Assembly (NCBI GenBank): GCA_000165425.1
Contig: CT868680.1
Location: forward strand, 124,001 to 188,000
DNA: 64,000 nucleotides
Direction: 5' to 3'
From: Paramecium tetraurelia
Lineage: Eukaryota
Below are positions 62,585 through 64,000 of the stretch, piece after piece. The notes beneath the pieces are model-generated. The model was not told the DNA's origin, ran no database searches, and saw nothing but the letters and a program-made list of their open reading frames with translations. Each line of letters starts with the position of its first letter. Position 1 is the stretch's first letter. The position numbers and the translations under genes were made by a program.

Positions 62585-64000
62585 TCATGATTTGTACATT
62601 AATAAGGTCTTTTCGATTAGCTAATAGATTCTTTAGCCAAAGTCAGAGGATCTTATTGCTGTGATCAGATATTAATCTTATCTCAAAATGTCTATCAAAG
62701 GTTATAAAATATTATGATTTGACATAATGACCATTTTCTTCATAACATAATTTCCAAATGGATTGATAGATAAGTTCACAAAAATGATTCTAATAAATAA
62801 ATATTTTATGATACTATCCATTGATTTGGGATTTAGAAATAAGTATAGAGATGACCTGCTATTTGACTTCATTGGTAGAGACTTCCACAACCTTTTCGAC
62901 TGTATTACTGGCATATTTGTTAAGACACAATTTCTCAAAGTTTGTAAGTACAAAGTTGACAACAAATGGTTGATAATGTGAACTCTTGAGGGCAAATTGT
63001 AAGATGTGATTTCCGAACTCTTGTTAACAGAGATTGAATTGGTGTTACAAACAAGTGGTCATGATCTTATCGGTTTGAATGGGAGAAAACAATTCAAGAG
63101 CTTTCAACAATATCTTACATCCATACTAAGATGAACATAAGTATAAGGTTGAGTCTTCAATTGGCTATAAGAAAAACTCGATCTTTTCCTACTACAAGAC
63201 TTCCAAGCATTTGAGAATCACGTAGTTGCCACTTGAATCATAGAGCAATGATTTCACTTAGAGTCTGATTGAGTCAATGAATTAATTTTGTAAACTCTCG
63301 TTGACGGAAATGATTTCAATGATCTTTTAAATAACTCGACATCCAAAATTATTCTTCGACAATTCATAAGCATGAGGTCTTATCTTGTTGAACAATCTCT
63401 ATTATTGATGTTGAGTTCCTTAATGATGATAGACTATTAATTAATACCTTTCTCGAAAATCTTTTACATCAGGTAATTCCCAAAAACGTCTTTGGAAAAT
63501 TAAACACAAGATCTTTCTACTTTGTTAAAAATCAATTCTCTTTGATCTGGCTTGCCATGCTCAAATATCTTTTGCACTTTCCTTGACAACACTTAATTGC
63601 CACACATATTGTCCTGATTAAATAGTCACAAAATCTTACTAAATCATTTGTCAGTTGAATATCATCATTTATTTCAATTAAAGGCTGTCTTTCCTATTAA
63701 TATCCAGTAAAACCTAATCCATTTGGTGACTATTAATAATTAAATCCAGGCTAATAAATTCCATGTGGTCTCATTACTCCTGGAGAATATGGGACTTGAT
63801 AATCAACCAATCGAATTTGTTGTTTATTGTAGTATCCGATGTGCTCATTTCCAACTTTTCTGTAATTGATTGAATTTTCTTATGTTGAAAAAGATGGCCC
63901 GTCAAAACTAATCGACACACTTTATCTATCCTCTTATCTTGAGAATTTGAGATGATTCGGTGGACACTGAGGATAAAGAACTCGATTCGACATCGGACTT
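62585..64000 (-). CDS. Pumilio/Puf-repeat RNA-binding protein (5' truncated by window)
   Basis: Puf repeats: SRKVQKIFE, SKDVFGNYLMQKIFE, SKNNFGCRVIQKIIE, DSSGNYVILKCLE, SQYGCKILLKALE, QQEFGNHILQFAL, LNKYASNTVEKVVE, INPFGNYVMKKM. Confidence 0.92.

Noticed and set aside
9254..62995. Many supplied ORFs, e.g. 11735-11923, 14217-14438, 16768-17034, 25649-25915, 27574-27912, 33114-33533, 39229-39727, 45589-45905, 57407-57812, 62763-62981
   Set aside because: They are antisense or off-frame shadows of real code-6 genes; their F/L/I-rich look reflects the reverse complement of K/E/Q codons.
1..64000. tRNA/rRNA genes, telomeric C4A2/C3A3 repeats, Tc1/mariner remnants, retained IESs
   Set aside because: None recognised by eye; tRNAscan-SE, Infernal and MIC read mapping would be needed to exclude short elements.

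Overview
Gene-dense, very AT-rich eukaryotic DNA from a ciliate, almost certainly the macronuclear genome of a Paramecium species. Conserved genes (NAT10/Kre33, ribonucleotide reductase small subunit, OLA1, UCH37, eIF5A) read through only if TAA/TAG encode Gln and TGA is the sole stop (translation table 6). They are interrupted only by tiny 21-29 nt GT..AG introns. The supplied ORF track uses the standard code, so it shows fragments and many antisense artefacts; I re-translated by eye. About 33 protein genes are packed with spacers as short as 18-30 bp. Housekeeping genes: NAT10, RNR2, OLA1, UCH37, eIF5A, CEPT/EPT, SPF30-like. Signalling and cytoskeleton: GSK3-like kinase, CNBD K+ channel, septin, MORN, tandem PX, NT-C2, CH-domain giant, EF-hand proteins. 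Chromatin and RNA: KDM6-like JmjC, Pumilio. There are also three large multi-pass PAS/TmcB-like membrane proteins. I found no tRNA, rRNA, CRISPR array, transposon, telomeric repeat or obvious IES. The most notable observations are two pseudoproteases (a papain-like protein lacking all three catalytic residues and a rhomboid-like protein lacking Ser/His), a cluster of output-less PAS membrane sensors, a CCHC zinc knuckle on a K+ channel with a degenerate cNMP site, three head-to-head gene pairs with 28-31 bp between ATGs, a 31-bp TA-bounded tandem duplication, and two micro-proteins. I cannot claim a wholly new system from sequence alone. All coordinates were derived manually, and exon boundaries of hypothetical genes are approximate.
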